Of a stretch of DNA of 64,000 nucleotides, positions 12,801 through 24,900 are shown in pieces. The notes beneath the pieces are model-generated. The model saw only the letters and a program-made list of their open reading frames with translations. It did no database searches and was not told the origin of the DNA. Position 1 is the stretch's first letter. Each line of letters begins with the position of its first letter. Source of the DNA: Antedon mediterranea (lineage: Eukaryota; Animalia; Echinodermata); the NCBI RefSeq assembly GCF_964355755.1, contig NC_092673.1, forward strand, positions 30,935,648 to 30,999,647, read 5' to 3'. The translations under genes and the position numbers were made by a program.

Positions 12801-15800
12801 TGTTATATCCAAAGACGGAAAATAGATTGTTTAGACCGTCAAAATGACATGGGCATGACCATGGTTGCTGGTTATATTAATATTATTAAGTTTAGTGTTA
12901 AGATTAGGATTCATTTCATCAGTACTCAGCAATATACGGCATGACTCGTTGGATTTCGCCTTATAACGTACCTGATGTGCATGTTGGTTTAGAAACTGAC
13001 CATTGTCCGTACCAACATATAGCAGATTCTTCGCCCTGCATTTGCCATTCAGCAAAGCATCCAAATGTCACCATCGAACCATGGAGAAAGAAGTCTTCCT
13101 CTTGGTAATCTTTTATATATAATCCCATAGACAGAACTGGTACGTCACATGATTCTTTGAAACGAGAAGATAAATATGTAAACATGTTTAAAGTTAAAAG
13201 AAAAAATAAACAGATATGCCAACATTGTTTCTGCTCAAATTAAGAAAGCAAAACGAGTAATCATTTGTTATCTTAAACTCTGTCTACACTATCAAACTAG
13301 TTTTACGAAAAAAGTGTGATGTGCACAAATATGGTAGTGATATGCCCAAATATGGTAGTGATATGATATAATGTCCATATATGGGCACATCACATTTTTT
13401 TGTCACATAAAATGTTTGATAGTGTAGAAAGAGCTTAACTGTACGTGTGGATTGATACACGCTAAGAAACCGAGCAGTGATTGGCAAAATTTAGAGAGTG
13501 ACATGTTGAAGGAAATACAGATAACTCAAGATTTCAATAAGCTTTTGTGACGTCACAAATATATCGATTTCCCTGAAAATCAATAATAGAATGCTATTTG
13601 CAAATTCAAGACGATCACTTGGAAATGATGATTGTTTATTATGCGCAAACCACCTACATATAAAGCAATTAATGCACATAACAAATTCGTTGCAAGCATT
13701 TCGCCAAGAAACAAGTGTAGGCCTATAAAAAGTAATTTTAACAATCTTAAACTTACTTTCCCTACAGCCTGGATCAGAGGGATACCATACCCCATCCAGG
13801 CAGCGAATGTCGCCCTCTTCGGTTTTCTCCGCAAACGGCATACATTCGTATTCTACGAAGGTACCAGTTGGTATTATGTCGCCATGGTTACCAAGCAAGG
13901 TACCAGACCAAATAAATGGGGCTTGACATCCTCCTGTTAACAGGAAAATATTGACATTTTATGTTTTTAAAAAGTAAGATTTTTTTACGATGGAAATACA
14001 CCGTAATACATTAATGAAAACGTCCGACTCAGGGATGAGAGAGATGAGCAAAGACTATCACGGATGAGCGCTCACTGGCTAAACCCAGGGGTAGGGGCCG
14101 AGCTTATGAGGCCGCCCTGAGCAGTGCCCAGAGGGGGAAAATAGGCTTTAGCGTTGGAGTGCCATATAAGCGTGGTTCCCACTAGAGAACGCAACGCAGC
14201 GACGTATCGACGACGCAATAGTGCTGCAAACATCGCAGGTTTGATTTTACGCAGGCGGGGGCCGGGCAAACACAATTATTAGAAGTACATTTTCTTACGT
14301 TGCGTAGATTGCGTTACGTTGCGTCGCTAGTGGGAACCACGCTTTAGGGTTCCTAAACAAGGGGCCTCAGGTCTCTACGTTACGCCACTGTTCTAGATAG
14401 GTTATTCTAGGTTCTAGGCGACGATTATCTAATGATGATAATAATTCTGATTTGTTTTACATATTTAGCATACCTGTAGGAGCTGACGTAGTGATATACA
14501 TCGATGTGTTGTATGGTCTGCAGAAAGGAATGTAAGGAAGCCAGTCGCCTGCGACGCATTTCGTTGCACCGTCACCGTGCGTTAAAACGTACGTGAACTT
14601 GCAGTACGTCTGAACACCGGTACCATGAGTGTATTTTCCATCTTCCATCAAATCATGTGAGTAGACTGTAATTTCGTAATTGTTTAAATCCTCGTACAAT
14701 GGCCAACAAGAATCTGAAAGAGATAAAGAATACAGTTATAGCATCAGACGGTATGGTCAAAATGGGTTTGTTATGGACAGATCAACTGCCGATTTGGCTC
14801 TGATTTATTATTTAACATACGTCCAACAGCGATATCGCCAATTACAGGATTGCCTTAAACAATATATGATGAGTTTGTGACAGTGGCTGTGTGTGAACTA
14901 GTACACCGGGGTAACCCTCTACTCGCCTCGAAAGATGTGCTGGGTTCTTTAGTGCACATGAGCTAGATGTGTACACTGGACCTACGGTTTATAGTCCTTA
15001 TCCGATAAGAATTGTTCTACCACCAGAACCATGGAGAGAGTTCGAACTTTTGCCAATGTTATGGCAAGGTATTACGGTTCCACTCACTCACTCACGTCAC
15101 TCAAAATATATATGGTTATGCTATTATAAAAGTAGGGGCGTGGATTTGTTTATAGTGTGTAGCTATGTTGACACGCAGATTTAAGTGTTCAGAACATAAT
15201 TCAATTAAGCTGATCTTAATAACGTCCGACGTAAGTGCTCGTGTGATCGGCTAACTATCTTATGCATTATCATGTCGTTAACTCGATAGGATGCCGAGGT
15301 ATTCGTTGAAAGTTTATACCACACAAGTTTGAACTCGCAGAAGCTAAACCGGTTGAAGCACTGCATTTAACTCCAGTAGAGAAAAGAGAAAATATTTCTT
15401 TGTTATGTATATACATTTATAAACAAATGTCATAACTTATTATTGCGTTCTCAAAAAATAACATGACATTGCGATATTATAATATTATAGATCATTAAAT
15501 ATGATTGTACAATACCTAAATGTTGGTATTCCAACCCCAAAGCATTACCCACGTTGTATAGTACCCTATAACACATATTTGACTACATCGGTGAATGCTA
15601 CCCTTCTCACCTGCTACACATGTTGGATCCGCATTCGACCACTTTCCATTTCTACCACAGAGTATGGTACGGTTGCCTACTAATGAAAACCCAGACTTAC
15701 AACCAAATGTTTTTCGAGTGCCTGGGACGAGTTGCCGCTGACTGTAAAATGCTCCGTCCAGTTCATACCGTATCCATCCATTTTGAAAAGCGCGGTTATC

Positions 15801-18800
15801 AAGACAGTATTTACGCCTACCTAAAAAAAAAAATAAATAAATAAACCGTTAGCATTAAGTACATTTATATTATGCCCTAACCATTTTATGTGTAGGTATT
15901 TGTGTTTATGAATATTCCTTCGCTACTCATCAGAGAGTTGTAGGCCTTACTCCCTGTAGGCCTACATACTGTACCATCCGACGGATGGGTCAATGAGGGT
16001 TAGCAGTCAAGAAGTCTATATTAACTCAAAGTCATTCTTATCTGTGTAATTTGAATCAAGAAGACAAACTTAATGTCTCATCTATGAAATTAATGACTTT
16101 TTAAAGCCTTGTTGTTTAGCATACAGTACAAGCTTGTTGAATGATGGTAGGCCGACAATTCGTAAAACACACAGTAATTAGCCCTCACGTTAACCACGTC
16201 CAATCCACCCATCGCCCTTTTATTCATATTAATATTATGGTAATTGAATACATGGGCCTAACAAAACGCCACTCATTCTCTGTAAATCAAATTAAACAAT
16301 ATTATTACGTTCTTATATTCAAAAGACGCCGACTCAAGGACAGATGTATTTGATCAATGTAATCTTTCCGTAAAGCGGTTCCCTGTTGTATCAAAATGGA
16401 ATTAGTTTTGAATACAGATTAATGTGATCATTGTTCTCGAAAAAAAAAATGATTTTAATTCCATCTGTTGGTGCTTGATTTATCTTTCCACATCATAATG
16501 GAAAATTACATAGCTACTTTCAATTTAGGCATATATCTCTGACCGTCACGCGAAGTTTTATCCCGTGTCTGGAACACCATTTTAAGAGAAAGTTAGTTAC
16601 ACATGGTCCAAATTCATATGAGTTCCAATGGCGGATTCAGGATTGTAGAATTATGTGGGACAGGGCCTAATGGTAAAATGAATTTCTGATGCCCTATCAT
16701 TTAGGCCTACATTTTGAGATTTCCTCCCACCCTCTTGTATCCGTCTATGGTATCACACATGTGTATGGTATGCCAACAGACTACAGTACAAAAATATCGG
16801 AAAATATCTTCCACTCCACTGTAGAATCGGTTTAGGACCTAGGTTAAGTTTAGGTCACATAGTGAAGTGTATGCATGTTTTTACTTGAATTTTATGACAC
16901 TAGATGGACATTGCTGTACAATACTGTTAAGGTATTAACCACTTTTGATCGCAATTTGAATCGCAAATTTCTTACTGTGTGAGTGTTGGTACTGTTAGAT
17001 ATAATATAAACAAATATACAAATAAACTTTATTACTGTGAGTGTGGGTAGGCCCTACTGTTAGATTATAAACATATAATATACAAATAAATAAACGTTAT
17101 TACTGACAGTTGCTTCTCAACGTTTGTATTAATTAATAATTTAAAAATATATAAACGTCGTAGTGGTGTATCGTTACATGTACTTTACTATTTCAATCGA
17201 CTATGACAGTGAGAGTTTTAACAAAGTATTAAATCGTAAATGTTTTACTGTATTTAGTGGTATATTATTTATAGGCCTATAAAACATTAAAAACAATATT
17301 TCGTTACTGAGTGGATAAGAATATATTTTAAAATGTTTCCTCTTTTTACCTATCTTCTTCCCCCATCCCTCAACCCTTAGGCCTAATGTTACATACAAAA
17401 CACAAATATCTTCCACTCGCTTCGCTCGCGTACCATCTAGGTCGTGCCCACAGATGGTTCTCGAATACACAGTATTTCCAGCGAGAAAAAATGGAGATTT
17501 CAAATGTACGTACTGCAGGACTATAATACATTGTCGTTTAAAGAAACGAATAAATATACACAATGATTTATGTAGTCAACCAAAATTAGCACCCTGGGAA
17601 TTACTTCCGAGAGAGAGAGAGAAACAAAATGAGTCAAATTTTTTTATTTGGACTCATTTAAACAAACCCAATTTGTGTTTTGTATGTAACATTAGGCCTA
17701 AGGGTTGAGGGATGGGGGAAGAAGATAGGTAAAAGGAGGAAACATTTTAAAATATATTCTTATCCACTCAGTAACGAAATATTGTTTTTAATGTTTTATA
17801 GGCCTATAAATAATATACCACTAAATACAGTAAAACATTTACGATTTAATACTTTGTTAAAACTCTCACTGTCATAGTCGATTGAAATAGTAAAGTACAT
17901 GTAACGATACACCACTACGACATTTATATATTTTTAAATTATTAATTAATACAAACGTTGAGAAGCAACTGTCAGTAATAATGTTTATTTATTTGTATAT
18001 TATATGTTTATAATCTAACAGTAGGGCCTACCCACACTCACAGTAATAAAGTTTATTTGTATATTTGTTTATATTATATCTAACAGTACCAACACTCACA
18101 CAGTAAGAAATTTGCGATTCAAATTGCGATCAAAAGTGGTTAATACCTTAACAGTATTGTACAGCATTGCAATACTATTTATGTTTATTCTCCAAGGGGG
18201 CCCATAAATCTAAATCTATACCTGTATGGTTAAACCAAATAATTTGGAATGTTCCATTCATCACAAATCAATACATTTGTAAAAACGTATATTACATGTA
18301 TCAAAATAGAATTTTTTAAAGAAAATTGGCCTGTCTTCAACATTATGATGCTGTACTCGAACTGTTCAACCGGTTTTCAGCTATTAAAAACAATTATCGT
18401 AGGAGGAGATAGGAAAATGCGAAGTGTCCTCGTATTATTGTGTGCGGGTATTTTTCAAATTGACATCCATTAGACAGTGTATACCACGATCGGAAAACAC
18501 CCCTATTTGGGGAAAATCGTTGAACCTAAATTCGTTTTAATCGTCAATAACTAATTATCGAACTCAATTTAATTAGTAAACAGGGTTACATCAGGTGGTT
18601 AAAATCAGTACCGAAAGTACGAACCAACTTTATATACCATCGAGTAAACATTCTAGAAGTAACGCGCGATTTACCGAATTTTGCCCTTACGTAAATTTAT
18701 ATATAGATTCCAGTCTTCCAAAAAAGCGTTATGTCTGCAATTCACATATTTGTCATAATAGGAGTATATCTTTTCACATAGTTTTGAATAAAGCTGTAGC

Positions 18801-20114
18801 TATAAGGCGGAGAAATAAGTGGGTGTATACAACTTCAGGGTGGGCGGGAAATGTTACCTTTAGTTAATGTTCTTAAGAATAAGCTTTATGGAGGTTGGAG
18901 TTGGGTGTTCCTGCCCACTCCGCCCACTGAGGTGAAGGTCCTGGCTTTCCAGGAAAAACACATTTTACACTTGTGAGATCCCTCTATTCAATCTAGTAAT
19001 ACAGTAAAACCCCTTCTTTGGAACCTATCAAATCAAGGGGACATTTCCCGTAAAGCCAACGAGGGTCGATATAATACTACGACCAATCCCTATTCAGGGG
19101 ACACTCCTATACCGAGGTACACTTTCCGTAAAACTCCCCACACTTTCCCGTGAACGAATGAGTGAATAGTTAATGTAAACCCAGGGGACATCCCTATCAA
19201 TGCGATTTGTTGGATCCCGAAAGGTGTTCACTTAACAGAGATATGTAGCTGTATTTAAGTTTAGCAGATATTAGAGAATTCTATAGCACTAACCACTAGA
19301 AAGACTGAATCATTTAGAGTTAATCCAGCAAGATAGTGCCACCATTCATGTTGTGTAATCCACAGAATAGTGAAAGGATATAATTGGATAATAGGACATT
19401 TTTGTTAATCCTTGAAGGATGTCATTTTCCTGGAACTGTTTCGTCATGTTTTAAAGCAATTGTCACCCTCAGATCTAAAACTCTACCATCTCGCTTTCGT
19501 CGAACTACTACTACTGCAAATAACAGCACAGAGCATTCATTAATTTCCTTGGGGCGTAGCCATTGATGGCGTGGTCCGGTACAGCCTTGGTGGGCGTGGT
19601 CAGGAATAGCTCCAACTTAAAATGTAAGGTGTACTTTAAAGGGTCATGAGGGTTCGAATCAACCAAATTTTCTGTCAGTGTAAATTAAATATGTATAGAC
19701 TGTTTTAATCTGTCAAATTAGTAATACTGTATAATTCACGTTTCGTTAATTATGAATAAACTAATGGGCCATGTCAACATTACTCAAGTAATGTAAAGTC
19801 TATGAGTTACTACAGTACCGGTAACTATACAATTAGTTTTATTTTATGCAAATGTTTTTACCAATATTTGTAAGGGTAATTACACACACTGTTTAATACA
19901 GCGATTAATATACTTCTACATTGAAACAAGCTAAACTCATACGTTATTACTGTAAAAATATAGTAACCGCAGTAGGATAATTTTGACATGATCAATTCCA
20001 AACAATGAAACTTTACTCACCACCATTTAAACTTGAATTTGAACCAGTGCCCACTTGAGTTTGAAGAAATATGGAAATGACGGCCACGACAATCGAATAG
20101 TTATATAAAGTCAT
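9842..20114 (-). CDS. Secreted modular serine protease: signal peptide + 4 CCP/Sushi domains + trypsin-like S1 domain (complement/clotting-factor-like, ~601 aa, 9 exons)
   Basis: Spliced GT-AG exons with consistent phases: 20114-20021 ([24 protein letters not shown], signal peptide); 15820-15611, 14713-14474, 13933-13757, 13154-12972 (each a phase-1 CCP with C..C..C.W..C); 12508-12363 (DCG...GR|IIGG activation site); 11631-11526 (CGGSLI...SAGHC, His); 10905-10702 (DYDIA, Asp); 10287-9842 ([10 protein letters not shown], Ser, with S1 Asp). Total 1806 nt, in frame. The link to the signal-peptide exon is the least certain part. Confidence 0.88.
10428..10627. mobile_element. MITE family A2 (PIF/Harbinger-like)
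   Basis: TIR AGC(G/T)TGGTTCCCACT at both ends, TWA flanks, internal sequence shared with other A2 copies. Confidence 0.8.
10945..11450. repeat. 22-bp minisatellite (ctcgagcgtactacaacctcaa), ~22 copies, in a protease intron
   Basis: Direct tandem units that degrade toward 11450. Confidence 0.92.
11828..12342. mobile_element. Cluster of three family A MITEs (A2 11828-12010, deleted A2 12063-12147, A1 12163-12342)
   Basis: Repeated TGGTTCCCACTAG / CTAGTGGGAACCA TIRs with TAA/TTA flanks. A further partial A2 lies at ~12548-12674. Confidence 0.8.
13277..13435. mobile_element. MITE family B
   Basis: ctctgtctacactatcaaac...gtttgatagtgtagaaagag TIRs with TAA flanks. Confidence 0.8.
14169..14343. 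mobile_element. MITE family A2, apparently nested in a GC-rich hAT-like MITE (~14073-14390)
   Basis: A-family TIRs. The host ends in ...GTTACGCCACTG and starts with degenerate CACTGGCT. Confidence 0.7.
14905..15060 (-). mobile_element. tRNA-derived SINE fragment with Nin-like core
   Basis: GTTCGAAC B-box-like motif near 15040, plus ACTGGACCTACGGTTTATAGTCCTTATCCGA, which resembles the Nin-SINE core as I recall it. Confidence 0.4.
16912..18166. repeat. Long near-perfect inverted repeat: arms 16912-17407 and 17671-18166 (496 bp each), 263-bp spacer
   Basis: The arms are reverse complements; I found three mismatches by eye. The ORF track shows mirrored peptides (17201-17563 minus, 17680-17877 plus). 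Confidence 0.95.
19001..19251. mobile_element. Degenerate Tc1/pogo-like MITE
   Basis: TA-CAGTAAAACCCC...GCTG-TA ends and internal AGGGGACA repeats; a related fragment lies at ~36440-36513. Confidence 0.45.
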
Positions 20115-21992
20115 CCTGGACTCATTAAATATTCCCCAATTAACAACTGACGTATTTATTAATACAAATCATGAAAAAACACGTAAATATTGCGTAAATG
20201 TTATGAGTTGATAGACCTTTTAACAGATAAACACAATCCCATAGTATTTCTCTCAGTCTTCAACCGTTCAACAGTGGAGACGTTGAACTACAAAGTAGGC
20301 ATACTGACAATTAGCTTACATTCGGGTAAGCAACAGGATGCGGTTGCTATTAAAGCGTCTTATAAGTCACACAAATATCCTCCTAAGCCCTGTTAACGTA
20401 TTCCGTCGTGAACCCAGCACAAATAATACTCGTCTATGTAAGTCCAGGTAGAATTGGTAGAGTAGGCTTGATATTGAATAATGTTATCTTCTCTACGCCT
20501 GTTTACAAATGGTTAAATCCACTTTAACGATTGTGTAGGCCTATTATGATCCGGGAAACAGGTGCCTGTAAATCTTGCCTGGCCCTAGTCGACTTGTCAT
20601 TAATTTGACAGATCCGAATGAATCGGTAGTTATGACTAATTTGCCGGTTTAGGGTTAAACCATTTTAGCACTAGGGATGCCCGTTTGAGAAGTCCTATGG
20701 ATTTCCGCAACAAGACAACAACATTAAGCGAGAATTAGTAACATGACAAACATGAATATTTTGTTTTATATTCAGTCATTGCACAATATGGAATGCTTAA
20801 TCATCTTATCAACTTCAAATTTACATTAAATAATATTTAAATTAATACCTTACATTCACATAACAAATGTTTTGAAACTAACACCCTTCTTATCTATATA
20901 AAAATATGGAATGGAAAGTAATTGTAAAATTAAACAAAATTCTTTCTTAAACTTAACATTATTAGCACAATTTTAATAATGCGTTATTACAAACAATTTA
21001 AATGAAATTTTAATATAGTAATAATAATACGATTAATTAAAATTTAACCTAATTACTGAATGTACGAAGTAGGCTGAATGGTAAAATAATCGATGGAACA
21101 TTAAAAACTAGAACATAACCTTAGTTACCATTTATACGTTAATCTTAATTTTGCAAAGAAATAATATTAATAAATATAAGTAGTAAATCAATGAGTCTAC
21201 TGTAAATAGTGAAATTTAAAACACAACTTGCAAGTGCGAATTCAAATTCTCTGAACCCATTATATATATTTGTTTAATTTTAAATTATAGTTACCCTGCG
21301 CTAATGCAGTGGAATTGACTTACCACAAGCGACGACTCTTAAGAAACCAATTGAGTCAGTGGTTGTGATTGGTCAATAACTTACATTGGCGCAGACGCAA
21401 ACAAATGAGTACAACTAATATGAAGGGATATGAATGGTACTAAAGTTTTGTAAACGTTAGGCCTAATTGTTTGTATGTTTTTCAACAAGAAGATATCATG
21501 CACCTGATTTAGATTTAGTGAGGTAGGTTAATTTGGAATATAATTTTGATTCAAAACACTAAATGCATTCTTATATTTAAAGAGAATAGGAAGAGATAGT
21601 TATAAAAGAGTATGTTAGATCATTATTATAATTTAGTATAACCATTCACTATTATAATCACAATGAAGATTCAATTATAAAAGTACTGTGAATATGCATG
21701 TGTTTTCCTGATTGTTCGACCTAATACAATTCGAAATATTAAAACTGTTATTTTATTAGTAAAACATTGATAATCATTTTAAAATATTGTATTTCTTACA
21801 TTTAACAAAACCATAAGTTTTTTTTTCATATTTAAATTAAAATATAGTATTTAGTTACATAACATTAATGTTTCTAGTTTTCCTAATAGGGACTATATTG
21901 CATACACAGGCATGAAACAATGTTTCCTTATGCTCATACGCACCAATGTTGTGATAGATATCTCTCCGCGTCCCTAAAAACCGAATATTCTC

Positions 21993-24900
21993 TTACTTCC
22001 CTTTAAAAACATTTTCATTGAACTTTGACATCATATTACCCGGAGGTCTGTAATTGCCCACTATTATTACCTTGCCTTCTTTAGTAATAGCTTTGCCGAT
22101 TCCGAACTCTTTTGATCCCTTCCACACAACTTGCGTGAAATGTCCTGCAAGGAAATACGTAATTAAAAGCATTGAAAAATGACGTCAGCTCTTATAACCT
22201 ATTATTATAAGTGACGTTACGTTCATTGTTGTGAATGAACGATTTGAAATGTTTAAGCGTATAGCATTTCGAACTCTGCAGTTTAAAAAAAAAAACATTT
22301 AGTTTCCGTTTTAGCTTTACTTTAATTTAAAAAGTTTGGAAACTTTGTTTAACGTAGGTGGCGCCATTTTATTTGCACCAGATCAGCATAACAACACATA
22401 GGCAATTCATGGGGTCTGTTATATTATAAGAGTATGAGTGATTTTGGGATTCAGGTTTTCGGGTGGTCGGTATTGTTGGGAAACTCCATTGTCAATAGTC
22501 AAACTATCACAGTATTTGTTTATACCTACCTGTACCCGGCTGAAACTGCTTACTAAAGTCGTGCTTACTGACTTCACTATACCACATGTCAGTAGCTTCC
22601 TTGCCTGTATCAATTATAAAACATGATTAAAGATAAACATTGACGTAAACTTAATGTTAAATTTTGTAATAAATATATAATATATATATATAAATTGGAA
22701 AATTGTTTAATGTGATCTGTGACCTATGCCTGATGTATTTAACTGAGTACAAACATTAGCAGTACTATTTCTCTTTCAACAAACTAAATTTAAACAAACC
22801 TGAAAAACTAGTGCTGGCGGATGAATAATGCATTGCAATATTTTCCCCAGTATCCGAGCTGTCGCGATGCTCAAATAGTCCTTTCGTAGCCAAATGCTCG
22901 GCCCACTCTTGTGCCATCTTCGTTAGTTCGGACGATTCTTTTAGAGCCGGTGCCTTGTGGGTGGATCGATATGCATTGTGGGAATTCAATGCATCTTTTC
23001 TGAAGGTTTTCAAATCGTCAGGTACCGCTTTGAAGTCTTTAGCTTGCATCTGTAGAAGAATATTGCAGAAATGTGTTATTGCTTTGTGATTGTGACAACA
23101 TTGCTTACACATTAAGGCACACCTTATTGGCCGTAGTCTCGTTTCACAATAAGTTATTAGCTGTCCCCTGAATAGGGGTCTCTCAAAGTAGGGGATCAAT
23201 TAGGACCATCACAAATGTGTCGAGTTTATGGGAAATTGAACTAATAGGCCTACAATTGAAAAGAGTAAGCCCGCCAACACACTTTGCCCAAACATTTATA
23301 TGAAAAAAATACGAAAACATTCTAAATTACAACGCAAATTATAATATCATTCATTGTATAAGGAATAATCAAATGAAGGTGTGATAGGCCCAATAATCAT
23401 CAAAGCGCATCGTACTTTTATATTTATAACATGACATTAACGCCTAGTCACAATAAATGTTAATTAACCATAACGAAGAGAAACCGGACAATGTACAAAG
23501 ACCGAAGACGAGCAGACTACAAAATATATCCATTCTGTGACGATTTCCCGCGTATTTTTTTACAGTACGTTGAAGTGATACAAAAACGTAATCTCTATTT
23601 AGATACTTACGTTTGGTGAAATTTGACAAACAGATTAATACGAATGATGATGCACCGTTTGTTTACAACGACCAGTCGTCTGCTTTAATGCTATCTTATG
23701 CGTATTAATGGCTCTGCGCATGTGCAACAGTAAGACGATTTGATAGCAAGGCCTTAATATTGATTTTATCATTAATTGTATTCTGCTGTCCCAATTATAT
23801 TTGAATGTACATAATTACATTAGAATTCACGCGGAGAAGTTGTGCATTAGCGCATGCGCGTAACATGCTCAATGTGGATCTGAGGTTGACGTATTGTTGA
23901 TACTCAAATGATCGCAAACAATGTTTTCTCATCACTCTAGCGCATACGCGTAACATGCTCAATGTGGATTTGAGGTTGACGTATTGTTGATACTCAAATG
24001 ATTTTCCATCCCTAGAGAAATCATTGTTACCTTTTGAAAATTGTTTTTAAAAACGTGTTTACCTCGAGCGCAGAGTAAATAAATAAAGCATTATGCCGGC
24101 CAATTGGTAAAATTAAAGGTTTATATAATTGTTAACTTTCGATAATGGGACATTAGTGTTGTTAGAAATAAGAAAAGGTGCTCATTGAAAATAAAGTCTA
24201 ACATACCCATTACACTGCCGATTGTCGATACTGTATCTAAATGTGTCCAGTATCATAGGAAAAACCACGATACGGCCTCATGTTTTTCACATGTATCGCC
24301 TAGAGACCGTAACCTAACATTACATGATATAGGCACATTAAATACACATGAGATGCTGTAATAATTACCTTGCAATCATCCACAGGTTTCACTATTTTAA
24401 CCTCTTTAACACCTTCTGGTTTTGGCGGTACGTAGCCATCAGTTCGATTGAAAACGTTGTCTGGAAACTGGCCGATGTAGTTGCCTGCTGGTTCGTATGA
24501 CGCAACCACTACGACGCGCTTGTCTTTGGTGATTGCCTTACCGATACCAAACTGCGTCGAGTTTTTCCAAACCATTTGTGAGAAATGGCCTAATAAGTAA
24601 AATGTGTAAATTTATAAGTATCTTGGTTATTTTGATTTTTGCTGAGGTTGTGGTTTGGTCAGTTTGTGGTCTGGATAAAATGGACAGTCCACTAATCTGT
24701 TGTCAGGTAGTGTATTTGGTTGATACGTTTGTTGTGTGATTGTTGCTTGATTTCAGGACGTTATAAATGTTTCTGTAGGCCTACTGATTTTCAATTACTG
24801 TTTGGTATATTAAGATAAAGCCAAACGTACCTGTTCCTTGTGAGAAAGCGGGCTTTTTAAAGTCGTAATTTCTAAGTTCACTATACCAATGGTCAGACGC

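Noticed and set aside
17201-17877. Pair of ORFs with identical peptides on opposite strands
   Set aside because: Artefact of the long inverted repeat; no protein-like features.
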